Assembly (NCBI GenBank): GCA_964585945.1
Contig: CAZPGB010000006.1
Location: 7,724 to 71,723 of the forward strand
Origin: an uncultured bacterium
GTDB lineage: Bacteria; Eisenbacteria; RBG-16-71-46; CAIMUX01; WJJG01
Reading direction: 5' to 3'
Length of the DNA stretch: 64,000 bases
Under the pieces are notes generated by a model. The model did not search any database. It saw only the letters and a program-made list of their open reading frames with translations, and was not told where the DNA came from. Shown here piece after piece: positions 1 to 8,318 of this stretch (its first letter is position 1; each line of letters starts with the position of its first letter). A program made the translations under genes and the position numbers.

Positions 1-76
1 CGACGCTTGGCAGGGCGCATCCGGCGCTCCAACGACCACCCGCGGCACCCCACGTTGCCACGTCAGGGAGGGAAGC

Positions 77-1168
77 ATGAAGAACGCGCACGCAACACTC
101 GCCGCGCCGCGCGGCAGCGCCGGCCTCGGCATGCTGCTGGCGGCCACGCTCTGTTTCTTGGCCCCGAGCTGTAGCGAATCGGAGCCATCCGACGTCGAAA
201 GCGTCAGCGCCCCCGAGCTGGCGCAGCCTGCGCTGGACGCGCAGGATCTGGTCCCCTCGTTGGAGGACCTGGAGCAGACTCTCTCGCTCGACGAAGCCCA
301 GCTCGAGGCGGTGCGCACCGCGCTGGCCAAGCTCCGCCTGGCGCTGGCCGACCGGCTGCGCCAGCGGTCCGAGCCGGAAGGATCCGGATACGGACCGCGA
401 GCCGGCTCCGACGCGGGCGAGGAACTGAGTCCGCAAATGGACTTCATTCTGGAGTGCGCCGAGTCGTTGGACCACGATCAGCTCATCGCCTTGCTTGGCG
501 TCCTGGCCGAACGGGCCGAGCGGCCCTTGCGCGCCGATCACCGCGAGCGGCGGCGCCGGGGGCCGGATGCCGAGGGCGATCCGATCGCGGCCCGCCTGGA
601 GGCGTGGAGCCAGGATCTGAACCTGACCCCGGAGCAGCTCGAGCAGCTCCGCGCGATCTTCGCGGCGCACCGCGAAGCCCTGCAGGACGCGAGGACCGCC
701 CGGCGGGAAGGGGGCGGCGATGGCGATCTGCGCGAGCGGATGAGGGCCCTGCGCGAGCGGATCCATGATGAGATCGCAGGCGTCCTCACCCCTGAGCAGC
801 TTCAGACCCTCGAGGAGGCCCGCGCGGCGCGCCACGCACAGGGGCAGGAAGAACGCGCGGCCCAGCAGGAAGCGCGGCTTGACCGTCACCTCGAGTTCCT
901 GACCGCGCTGCTCGAGCTGAGCGCGCAACAGACCGCCGGCGTTCGCGAGATCGTCAGCGAGGCCCGGGCGCAGGTGGAGCACGTCCAGGCGATGCTCCGT
1001 GACGGGAGCCTCGGCCGTAGGGACGCCCGCGAGCGCATCGAGGAGGTTCACGCGTCAGCGCGCGAGGCGATCCGGAACCTGCTGGATCCGGAGCAACAGG
1101 AGATCTTCGCAGCCCTCGAGGAGCTGCGCGGCCGGCGTCATCCCCCCGGCCTCCATGGTTGGCGCTAG
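77..1168 (+). CDS. Lipoprotein with multiple Spy/CpxP-like LTxxQ helical repeats (putative periplasmic chaperone/stress protein)
   Basis: SD GGGAGGGA before ATG; lipobox-like LAPSC; motifs LSLDEAQ, LNLTPEQ, VLTPEQ, LELSAQQ, LLDPEQQ; charged helical sequence. Confidence 0.7.
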   Translation: MKNAHATLAAPRGSAGLGMLLAATLCFLAPSCSESEPSDVESVSAPELAQPALDAQDLVPSLEDLEQTLSLDEAQLEAVRTALAKLRLALADRLRQRSEPEGSGYGPRAGSDAGEELSPQMDFILECAESLDHDQLIALLGVLAERAERPLRADHRERRRRGPDAEGDPIAARLEAWSQDLNLTPEQLEQLRAIFAAHREALQDARTARREGGGDGDLRERMRALRERIHDEIAGVLTPEQLQTLEEARAARHAQGQEERAAQQEARLDRHLEFLTALLELSAQQTAGVREIVSEARAQVEHVQAMLRDGSLGRRDARERIEEVHASAREAIRNLLDPEQQEIFAALEELRGRRHPPGLHGWR

Positions 1169-1351
1169 GGCTCGAACGCGCCCTTCACGGGGGTCCGGCG
1201 CATGAATCCCCACGTGTGCCGTGCCGGGCCCCCGCCAACCCGGTCTCATCGTACCAGCCGGCAGCGCCCCCCCACGCGGCCGCCTAGAACCACCACCCAC
1301 ACCGCCTCGCGAGACGAGCGATGGACCCTGAAACGGGAAGGAGATCCAACC

Positions 1352-2224
1352 ATGACCCATGATGTGTTGGGCCGGTTGCGACGGCCGTGGGTGTGGGCGG
1401 TGGCGGCGGCCGCCGCCCTGGGATTGCAGGGGTGTTCCCGGCAGACGCTGTCGAGCTCCTGGCTGGACCGTGAAATCGCCATCGACGGCCGCGTGCAGGA
1501 CTGGGGCGACGCCCGAGCGCCCATGGAGCGCGAGGACCTGATCTGGGGTGTGCGCAACGACGCCGACCATCTCTATTTGACGCTCACCCCCCGGACGCGC
1601 TCGCTGCAGCGGCAGATGATGTTCCTGGGATTCACGATCTGGTTCGATCCCGCGGGCGGCAAGGAGAAGACGCTTGGGGTGCGCTGTCCCCTGGGAATGA
1701 TGGGCTTCGATCCACCGCCCCTGAGCGCGGCCGACGATTGGGACACGTCGATCGCGAAGGAGCGGTTCCGTGGGACGCTGCATGAGATCGAGCTGCTGAA
1801 GGACGGCGGGGCCGAGGCCCGTCGTCTGAGACGGACCGATGCCGAAGGACTGCGGGTGCACGTCGACCTGGTAGGCGATGTGCTGGTCTACGAGCTCTGC
1901 GTTGCGCTCCACGCTCCGGGGGCGCCGCTGGATCTTGGGCTGGCACCCGGGGCGCTGGTGGGTGTGGGCTTCGAGACGCCGGCGCTCGATCGCCGGGCGC
2001 TCATGGAGGCGATGCGCGAGGGCGCCCGGCCGCCCGCCGGCAGCCGTGGCCGTCCGCCGGCGGGAGGGGCGATGCGAGGCGGCGACCGGGGTGGGTCCGG
2101 GCCGAGTGGGGGTGGGCCGGGTGTGCCCGAACGGCTGGATGCCTGGGTGGCACTGCGCCTGGCCGCGGCCCCGCCGAGCACCGATCCCCCGGCACCGCAG
2201 GCACGGACAGGAACCGAGAGCTAA
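1352..2224 (+). CDS. Hypothetical lipoprotein (beta-rich, Gly-rich C-terminal insert)
   Basis: SD AAGGAG before ATG 1352 within ORF 1202..2224; lipobox LQGC; IAIDGRVQDW and NDADHLYL motifs resemble CBM9/DOMON-like folds. Confidence 0.65.
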   Translation: MTHDVLGRLRRPWVWAVAAAAALGLQGCSRQTLSSSWLDREIAIDGRVQDWGDARAPMEREDLIWGVRNDADHLYLTLTPRTRSLQRQMMFLGFTIWFDPAGGKEKTLGVRCPLGMMGFDPPPLSAADDWDTSIAKERFRGTLHEIELLKDGGAEARRLRRTDAEGLRVHVDLVGDVLVYELCVALHAPGAPLDLGLAPGALVGVGFETPALDRRALMEAMREGARPPAGSRGRPPAGGAMRGGDRGGSGPSGGGPGVPERLDAWVALRLAAAPPSTDPPAPQARTGTES

Positions 2225-2363
2225 CCTTCCTATCACAATACAGATCAACCTATTAGCGCCTATCCTTCGTTCAGTTTCCAGGTTTGGCCCCATCCGGGTG
2301 GCCGGACGGGGCCGGCCCGCATGCGTCCGCTGCCGCCGAATTCAGGCTGGTTGAAACCTGCCG

Positions 2364-2387
2364 GGTGTATTATTCGTCCTATACACC
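2364..2387. promoter_or_regulatory. Inverted repeat GGTGTAT-N10-ATACACC, candidate YtrA/GntR-type operator
   Basis: Perfect 7-bp arms in an AT-richer intergenic region about 77 nt upstream of an ABC-2 exporter operon. Confidence 0.5.
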
Positions 2388-2463
2388 TATCGCGCCGCTG
2401 CGAAACGGTCCGCCGGCGCGGGGGAATCGGGCCGGAGGACCATGTCAGGTGGGAAGGAGCGCC

Positions 2464-3375
2464 ATGCACACCGTGGAACTGGAACACATCACCAAGACCT
2501 TCGGGCGACACGTCGCTGTCGATGATCTATCGCTCGACGTGCCCGCAGGCAGCGTCTACGGGTTCATCGGGCCCAACGGCTCGGGCAAGACCACGACGCT
2601 GCGGATGATCATGAGCATCATCTACCCCGACCGCGGGCGGATTCGGGTCTTCGGGGAGACCGATCTGCAGGCCTGCAACGACCAAATCGGCTACCTGCCC
2701 GAAGAGCGGGGGCTCTATCGGAAGATGAAGGTGCGCGACGTGCTGCGCTTCTACGGCGAGCTCAAGAGCGGACACCGCGTCGACGAGGAGGTGGATCACT
2801 GGCTGGAGAGGCTCGATCTGAGCGACTGGGCGCAGCGGAAGGTGGAGGCCCTGAGCAAGGGCATGAGCCAAAAGGTCCAGTTCATCGCGACTATCTGCAC
2901 CCGGCCGCGGCTGCTGATTCTGGATGAGCCCTTCAGCGGCCTCGATCCCGTCAACGCCGATGTGCTGCGGGCGGCGGTGCTCGAGGTGCGCTCCCAGGGC
3001 ACGACCGTCATCTTCAGCACGCACGACATGGGCGTGGCCGAGAAGATGTGCGATTCGATCTTCATGATCTTCCGCGGGCGCAAGGTTCTCGACGGGCCCC
3101 TGGCCGCCATCCAGGACCGTTGCGGCAACGACACGCTGCGCATTCGCTGTGACAACGGGCGCGCGGCCCTGAGCGAGCTGGCCGGCGTCGAAGCGATCAA
3201 CGACTTCGGCCGGGTGCAGGAGCTGCGCATGGCGCGCGGGACCGATCCCCAGGCGCTGGTGCAGACGGTAATGGCGCGCACCCGCGTGCACAGCTTCGAA
3301 GTGGCCAAGCCCTCGCTGCATGACATCTTTGTGCGCATCGCAGGCCCGGAGGCGAAGGAGGCGACCCATGCGTAA
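2464..3375 (+). CDS. ABC-2 type exporter ATP-binding protein (NatA/YhaQ-like)
   Basis: SD AAGGAG; Walker A GPNGSGKT; signature LSKGM; Walker B LLILDEP; C-terminal KPSLHDIF. Confidence 0.9.
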   Translation: MHTVELEHITKTFGRHVAVDDLSLDVPAGSVYGFIGPNGSGKTTTLRMIMSIIYPDRGRIRVFGETDLQACNDQIGYLPEERGLYRKMKVRDVLRFYGELKSGHRVDEEVDHWLERLDLSDWAQRKVEALSKGMSQKVQFIATICTRPRLLILDEPFSGLDPVNADVLRAAVLEVRSQGTTVIFSTHDMGVAEKMCDSIFMIFRGRKVLDGPLAAIQDRCGNDTLRIRCDNGRAALSELAGVEAINDFGRVQELRMARGTDPQALVQTVMARTRVHSFEVAKPSLHDIFVRIAGPEAKEATHA

Positions 3376-4678
3376 GACGCTGCGACTGGCCCGCCGCGAG
3401 TACCTGGCGGCCGTGCGAACGAAGGGCTTCCTGATCGCGATCCTGGTGATGCCGCTCTTGATGGGGGGCAGCGCCCTGGGAATGCTGCTGCTGAAGGACC
3501 AGGTCGACACAACCGACAAGCGCGTGGCGGTCATCGACCGCTCGGGAGCCGTGGGCGAGGTTCTCCGCGTTGCGGCCGAGGCGCGCAACGAGTCGGAGGT
3601 CTTCGACGACGAATCGGGCGAGAAGGTTAAGCCGGCCTACGTGATCGATCTGGTGGCCCCCGAGGACGACGCCGGGGCCCAGCGCCTGGCATTGTCCGAT
3701 CGGGTGCGTCGCGGCGAGCTGCACGCGTTTCTCGACATCGGTCCCGACGTCCTGGAGCCGGGCGGGGACCCGGAGCGCGCCCGGATCGCCTACTACGGCA
3801 AGAACGCCGCCATGGATGATCTGCGCACCTGGATGGGTTATCCGATCAACCAGCATCTGCGCCGGTCCCGTCTGGCGGAGGCCGGGGTCGATGAGGCCGC
3901 CATGGAAGCGCTTTTCCGGTGGATCCCCGTCGAGGGGCTGGGGCTGGTCTCGCTGGACGCCTCGGGTCAGGTCAAGGAGGCCCGGCGCAGCAGCGAGGCC
4001 GAGGCGATCCTGGTGCCGTTCGGTTTGGCGATGCTCATGTTCATGATGGTGATGATGGGAGCGATGCCTCAGCTCCAGTCGGTCATGGAGGAGAAGTCGC
4101 AGCGTATCGCCGAGGTCCTGCTCGGGTCGATCAAGCCCTTCGAGTTCATGATGGGCAAGATTCTCGGCGGTCTGGGTGTCACGATCACCGCTTCTTCGGT
4201 CTACGTGGTGGGCGGCGTCCTTGCCGCACGCCACTACGGGGTGAGCGAGTACGTGCCCTATCACATCCTGCCCTGGTTCTTCGCCTACATGCTGCTGGCG
4301 ATCATGATGCTGGGCGCATTCCTCGCGGGCCTGGGCGCGGCCTGCAACGACGCCAAGGAGGCCCAGGGCGTGACGCTGCCGGCCATGATGCCGGTCATGA
4401 TCCCGATGTTCGTCGCCATGCCGGTGCTGCGCGAGCCGCACAGCGCGTTCGCCACCGTCATGTCGCTGGTGCCGCCGTTCACGCCCATGCTGATGCTGCT
4501 GCGGCAGAGCGCGCCGGGAGGCGTGCCCGGCTGGCAGCCCTGGGTGGGCGTCGTGGGCGTGCTGCTGCTGACCCTGTTGACCGTATGGGCCGGCGGTCGC
4601 ATCTTCCGCGTCGGGATCCTCATGCAGGGGACGCCGCCCAAGCTGGGCAACCTCGTGCGCTGGGCGGTGAGGGGCTAG
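3368..4678 (+). CDS. ABC-2 type exporter permease (NatB/YhaP-like)
   Basis: Overlaps ATPase stop; N-terminal TM, large periplasmic loop, VMEEKSQRIAEVLL motif, several C-terminal TMs. Confidence 0.88.
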   Translation: MRKTLRLARREYLAAVRTKGFLIAILVMPLLMGGSALGMLLLKDQVDTTDKRVAVIDRSGAVGEVLRVAAEARNESEVFDDESGEKVKPAYVIDLVAPEDDAGAQRLALSDRVRRGELHAFLDIGPDVLEPGGDPERARIAYYGKNAAMDDLRTWMGYPINQHLRRSRLAEAGVDEAAMEALFRWIPVEGLGLVSLDASGQVKEARRSSEAEAILVPFGLAMLMFMMVMMGAMPQLQSVMEEKSQRIAEVLLGSIKPFEFMMGKILGGLGVTITASSVYVVGGVLAARHYGVSEYVPYHILPWFFAYMLLAIMMLGAFLAGLGAACNDAKEAQGVTLPAMMPVMIPMFVAMPVLREPHSAFATVMSLVPPFTPMLMLLRQSAPGGVPGWQPWVGVVGVLLLTLLTVWAGGRIFRVGILMQGTPPKLGNLVRWAVRG

Positions 4679-4764
4679 CTCGGCGGGCTGCACCCGCAAC
4701 GTGGCAAGAACGGTCAAGCACCCTCACGAGCCGCCGGTATAGAGTGGCATCAGGAGGGTGGACC

Positions 4765-5670
4765 ATGAAGGCGATCACGTTCCAGGACTACCAGGCGCGC
4801 ATGCTGCGGGTGCTGGTCCACATTCAAGAGAACCTGGACCGGGACCCCGGTCTGGAGGAGCTCGCGCGGGTGGCCCACTTCTCGCCCTACCACTTCCACC
4901 GCGTGTTCCGCGGGATGGTGGGGGAGTCGGTCAAGGCGCACCTGCGCCGCATTCGCCTGGAACGCGCGGCCCTGCGTCTGAAGCACGGCGCGGGGTCGAT
5001 CACCGATGTCGCGCTGGAGGCCGGTTACGAGACGCACGAGGCCTTCACCCGGGCCTTTCGCGCCTTGATGGGCCAATCGCCCTCCGAGTACCGCGCCCGG
5101 CAACGCGCCGAGCTGCAAGCGGCCGCCCCGAGCGGCGTCCACTACGCACCGGACTGCCGGGTGCTCGCGTTTCAGCCCCTAACCACCGGAGGAGAACCCA
5201 TGGACGTGAACATCGAGACCATGCCGCCGCGCCGCGTGGCCTTCGTGCGCCACATCGGACCCTATGCGCAGTGCGGACCCGCCTGGCGGACCCTGTGCGG
5301 CCGGCTGGGTCCGCTGGGCCGGCTGGGTCCGCAGACCGAGTTCTGGGGCCTGTGCCACGATGACCCCGAAGTGACGTCCCCCGAGCACCTCCGCTACGAC
5401 GCCTGTGTGCCGGTCGACGAGGGCTTCCAGGCCGACGGAGAGGTGGGCGTGCAGGTCGTCGAAGGCGGTGAGTACGCCGTCACCATGCACCGGGGTGCCC
5501 ACGAGAACCTGGGGCAAACCTATGCGCGGCTATGCGGTGAGTGGATTCCGCGCAGCGGACGCGCGGTGCGCGCGGCCCCGAGCATCGAGGTCTACCTGAA
5601 CGATCCTCAGCAGACCCCTCCGGACCAACTGCTGACCCGGATTCACATGCCATTGGAGCCGATGGAGTAG
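4765..5670 (+). CDS. AraC-family transcriptional regulator with C-terminal GyrI-like effector-binding domain
   Basis: SD AGGAGGG; ELARVAHFSPYHFHRVF and VALEAGYETHEAFTRAF HTHs; HDDPEVT..LRYDAC and EVYLNDP GyrI motifs. Confidence 0.92.
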   Translation: MKAITFQDYQARMLRVLVHIQENLDRDPGLEELARVAHFSPYHFHRVFRGMVGESVKAHLRRIRLERAALRLKHGAGSITDVALEAGYETHEAFTRAFRALMGQSPSEYRARQRAELQAAAPSGVHYAPDCRVLAFQPLTTGGEPMDVNIETMPPRRVAFVRHIGPYAQCGPAWRTLCGRLGPLGRLGPQTEFWGLCHDDPEVTSPEHLRYDACVPVDEGFQADGEVGVQVVEGGEYAVTMHRGAHENLGQTYARLCGEWIPRSGRAVRAAPSIEVYLNDPQQTPPDQLLTRIHMPLEPME

Positions 5671-5761
5671 ACGCCGAGCCCAGCGGGGGTACGGGACCCG
5701 TCGACCTGGGCTGCACGAGCGGCGCGCCGGCCTCGCTTGCGCGTCGGCGCGCCGGTTGCAG

Positions 5762-6805
5762 CTAGTCGAAGTGGGCGTTGATCAGCGGCGTCCAGCGCAG
5801 CCCGCGGGGATTGTTGCCGGCGTAGTTGAGCAGACCGAGCTGCATGCCGTGCAGCTCGTCGGCGTAGTTGACCAGTCCGATGGTCAGACCGTGAACCTCG
5901 TCGCGGAAACGGGTCACGGCGGCCGCGCCGAAGCCCTCCAGCCGCTCGCCCCACAGGTATCCACCCGCGAGGTGGGCGCCGGTCATCGTCTCGGCTCGGA
6001 TGCCGCCTGCCGTGGCCAGGAGACCCTGAGTCTCGTCGCCGCCCAGCCCCAGCCCGCTCAGGAACAGGCCCTGCAAGCGGTGGCCGCCCGCCCCCAGGCC
6101 GGCCACGAAGATGCCGGTCATGTCGTGGCCGCCCATGCCGAGGCCCGCGGTGAAGATGCCGGTCATGTCGTGGCCGCCCATACCGAGGCCGGCGGTGAAG
6201 ATGCCGGTCATGTCGTGGCCGCCCATACCGAGGCCCGCGGTGAAGATGCCGGTCATGTCGTGGCCGCCCATGCCGAGGCCCGCGGTGAAGATGCCGGTCA
6301 TGTCGTGGCCGCCCATGCCCAAGCCCGCCGCGCAGAGACCCGTGATGTCGCTGCCGCCCACGCCGAGACCGGCCACGAAAGCTCCGTCCATCCGGTTCGC
6401 GCCCATGCCCAGTCCAGCGGCGCCGAGCCCGGTGAAATGCCCGGAGCTGAAGCCAAAGAGGCCCACCGCGACGCCCTCGATGTCCGGCTCGCCTGTCCCG
6501 ACCACCGAGAGGTACGCGCCCGAGATCCGATCGCCGGTGTTGCCGCCCAGGCCGAGCACCAGGCCCTCGTAGACCGCGCCCGGATTGCGGCCCGGCTTCC
6601 AGAGCGTGAGGTTCAGCCCCGAGATCCGCGCCACGCGACGATCGCTCCAGTTGAAGCGCAACCCGGTGAATTCCCTGCTGTTGCCGAAAGAGATGCCGTA
6701 GCTCTCGCTGGGCAGCTCCAGCGTCTGGGCGCTGGCGTGAACCGCCACCAGCGCTGCCAAGCACCCGAACAGGCGCCCGGCCGTCCCTCCGATTCCGCCA
6801 CGCAT
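5762..6805 (-). CDS. Exported Gly-rich repeat protein (LA_2272-like surface beta-helix repeats)
   Basis: Signal peptide ending ASA-Q; GLRFN, GLNL, GLTIGLVNYA, GMQLGLLNY repeats; five near-identical 15-aa units. Confidence 0.75.
   Translation of the reverse strand: MRGGIGGTAGRLFGCLAALVAVHASAQTLELPSESYGISFGNSREFTGLRFNWSDRRVARISGLNLTLWKPGRNPGAVYEGLVLGLGGNTGDRISGAYLSVVGTGEPDIEGVAVGLFGFSSGHFTGLGAAGLGMGANRMDGAFVAGLGVGGSDITGLCAAGLGMGGHDMTGIFTAGLGMGGHDMTGIFTAGLGMGGHDMTGIFTAGLGMGGHDMTGIFTAGLGMGGHDMTGIFVAGLGAGGHRLQGLFLSGLGLGGDETQGLLATAGGIRAETMTGAHLAGGYLWGERLEGFGAAAVTRFRDEVHGLTIGLVNYADELHGMQLGLLNYAGNNPRGLRWTPLINAHFD
6107..6331. repeat. Five 45-bp coding tandem repeats (GHDMTGIFTAGLGMG)
   Basis: gaagatgccggtcatgtcgtggccgcccat starts at 6107, 6152, 6197, 6242 and 6287 (period 45); no spacers. 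Confidence 0.95.
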
Positions 6806-6872
6806 GGATGTCCCCCCGGAAAGGTGTTGAGTCCGTACGACCGTCCAACGGGTGTAACGCTCCCTGTCGACG

Positions 6873-6901
6873 TAGACGAATGGGGTCCGGGGAAGGTTGC
6901 C
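6873..6901 (-). promoter_or_regulatory. Candidate ECF-sigma promoter GGCAACC-N16-CGTCTA
   Basis: AAC-containing -35 and CGTC -10 with 16-nt spacer, about 70 nt upstream of the repeat-protein ATG. Confidence 0.5.
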
Positions 6902-7043
6902 CGCGCTCCCGCGAGACCCGACCCGAATAGGGTGTGCGCCGAACGGTACGTGTGACAGAATGGACGGTCGCGTCGTGAGCCATGCATCGACGCGGGCGTG
7001 ACGCGGACACTGCTGAACGGCGTGGAACCGAAAGGGGGACCAG

Positions 7044-8318
7044 ATGGAGGGCGTGCTGAGGAAGGCGACTCACCGAGCGAGGCCGCTGGCGGCTGTCCTG
7101 GGTCTACTAGGGCTCCTGTGGAGCGCTTCACCCGTCCTGGCCGGGGAAATCGTCATGGTCGATGGCGTCCCCCACGTCCGCAATCCGGCCGAGCCGCCCG
7201 AGGGCGTCGAGACCATGGAGCTCGAGGAACTCTGGCGAGCCGGGGGTGAGTCCGACGAGGAGACGCTCTTCGGGGTCATTGTTCAGGCGGTCTCGGACGA
7301 GGAGGGCAATCTCTATCTGCTCGACATGCAGCTCTCCGAGGTTCACGTCTTCGGTCCCGACGGGGCGAAGAAGGGCACGCTCAGCCGTCAGGGCGAGGGG
7401 CCCGGCGAGGTGCGCAATCCTTCCGACATGTTCTTCATGCCCGACGGCAGCCTCGGTCTGGTCCAGACGTTTCCGGGCAAGGTGATCAAGGTGAACCTCG
7501 ATGGCACACCCGCCGGCACCATCACGATGGGGGGCAACGATCCCACCCAGGGCGGCTTCGTCGCGGTGATCGATGGGCAGTGCCGCGATGGGCACATGGT
7601 CTTCGCCGGCGTCAACATCGTGCCCGGCGAGACGCAGCTTCAGCAGACACGCAAGAGCTTCCTGGCCAGCTTCACTCAAGAAGGCGCCGAGCTGACGCGC
7701 TACTGGGAGCACAGCCAGTTCTTCGACTTCGCCGATCTGCGGACCGACGAGCGCGATCAGTACAACGTCTTCCCCCGGCGCTGGACGTTGGGCGCCGAGG
7801 GCCGGGTCTACGCCGCCACCGAGCGCGACGCTTACAAGATCAGCATCTTCGCCCAGGACGGCACCCTCGAGCGCGTGATCGAGCGGGAATTCGAGAACCG
7901 GAAACGCACCGAGGAGGAGATGGGTACCTACCGGCGGATCGCACAGGCGCAGGTGGCCAATCTTCCGGGAGAGCCCAAGGTCGAGATCGCCGACACGCCC
8001 GAGGCGATCCAGTCGGTCGAGCTCTGGAACAACGGCTCGATCTGGGTCACCAATGCCCGCGGCAACCACGATCAGCCCGAGGGGATCATGGCGACCTACG
8101 ACGTGTTCGACCCCAAGGGCCACTTCGTGAAGCAGGTCGCGGTCGCCTGCGACGCCGACGGAAAGGACGACGCACTGCTGCGGGTCGGCTCCGATCGCAT
8201 GGTTCTGATCACCGGGCTGCTGCCGGCCATCATGTCGATGCAGGGCGGGGGTGCGGCGGCGACCGGCGATGAGGAGCCGGCGCCGATGGAGGTCGTCTGC
8301 TACCGGATCAAGAGCTAG
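7044..8318 (+). CDS. Exported 6-bladed beta-propeller protein
   Basis: Signal peptide ending VLA-G; [30 protein letters not shown] motifs typical of NHL-like propellers. Confidence 0.8.
   Translation: MEGVLRKATHRARPLAAVLGLLGLLWSASPVLAGEIVMVDGVPHVRNPAEPPEGVETMELEELWRAGGESDEETLFGVIVQAVSDEEGNLYLLDMQLSEVHVFGPDGAKKGTLSRQGEGPGEVRNPSDMFFMPDGSLGLVQTFPGKVIKVNLDGTPAGTITMGGNDPTQGGFVAVIDGQCRDGHMVFAGVNIVPGETQLQQTRKSFLASFTQEGAELTRYWEHSQFFDFADLRTDERDQYNVFPRRWTLGAEGRVYAATERDAYKISIFAQDGTLERVIEREFENRKRTEEEMGTYRRIAQAQVANLPGEPKVEIADTPEAIQSVELWNNGSIWVTNARGNHDQPEGIMATYDVFDPKGHFVKQVAVACDADGKDDALLRVGSDRMVLITGLLPAIMSMQGGGAAATGDEEPAPMEVVCYRIKS

Noticed and set aside
3919-4764. Long N-terminal extension of the AraC ORF
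   Set aside because: Out-of-frame overlap with the permease; the real start has an SD at 4765
6107-6331. Possible CRISPR array
   Set aside because: Units are contiguous with no unique spacers, length is a multiple of 3, they lie inside a coding frame, and there are no cas genes
6111-6572. Plus-strand repetitive ORF (MPVMSWPP..) and 5756..6955
   Set aside because: Antisense shadows of the minus-strand repeat protein, which has a signal peptide and family motifs
6952-6979. Second GTGACAGA copy upstream of the beta-propeller gene as an ECF target promoter
   Set aside because: Matches the putative -35 only; no GTGTTG-like -10 at 16-nt spacing
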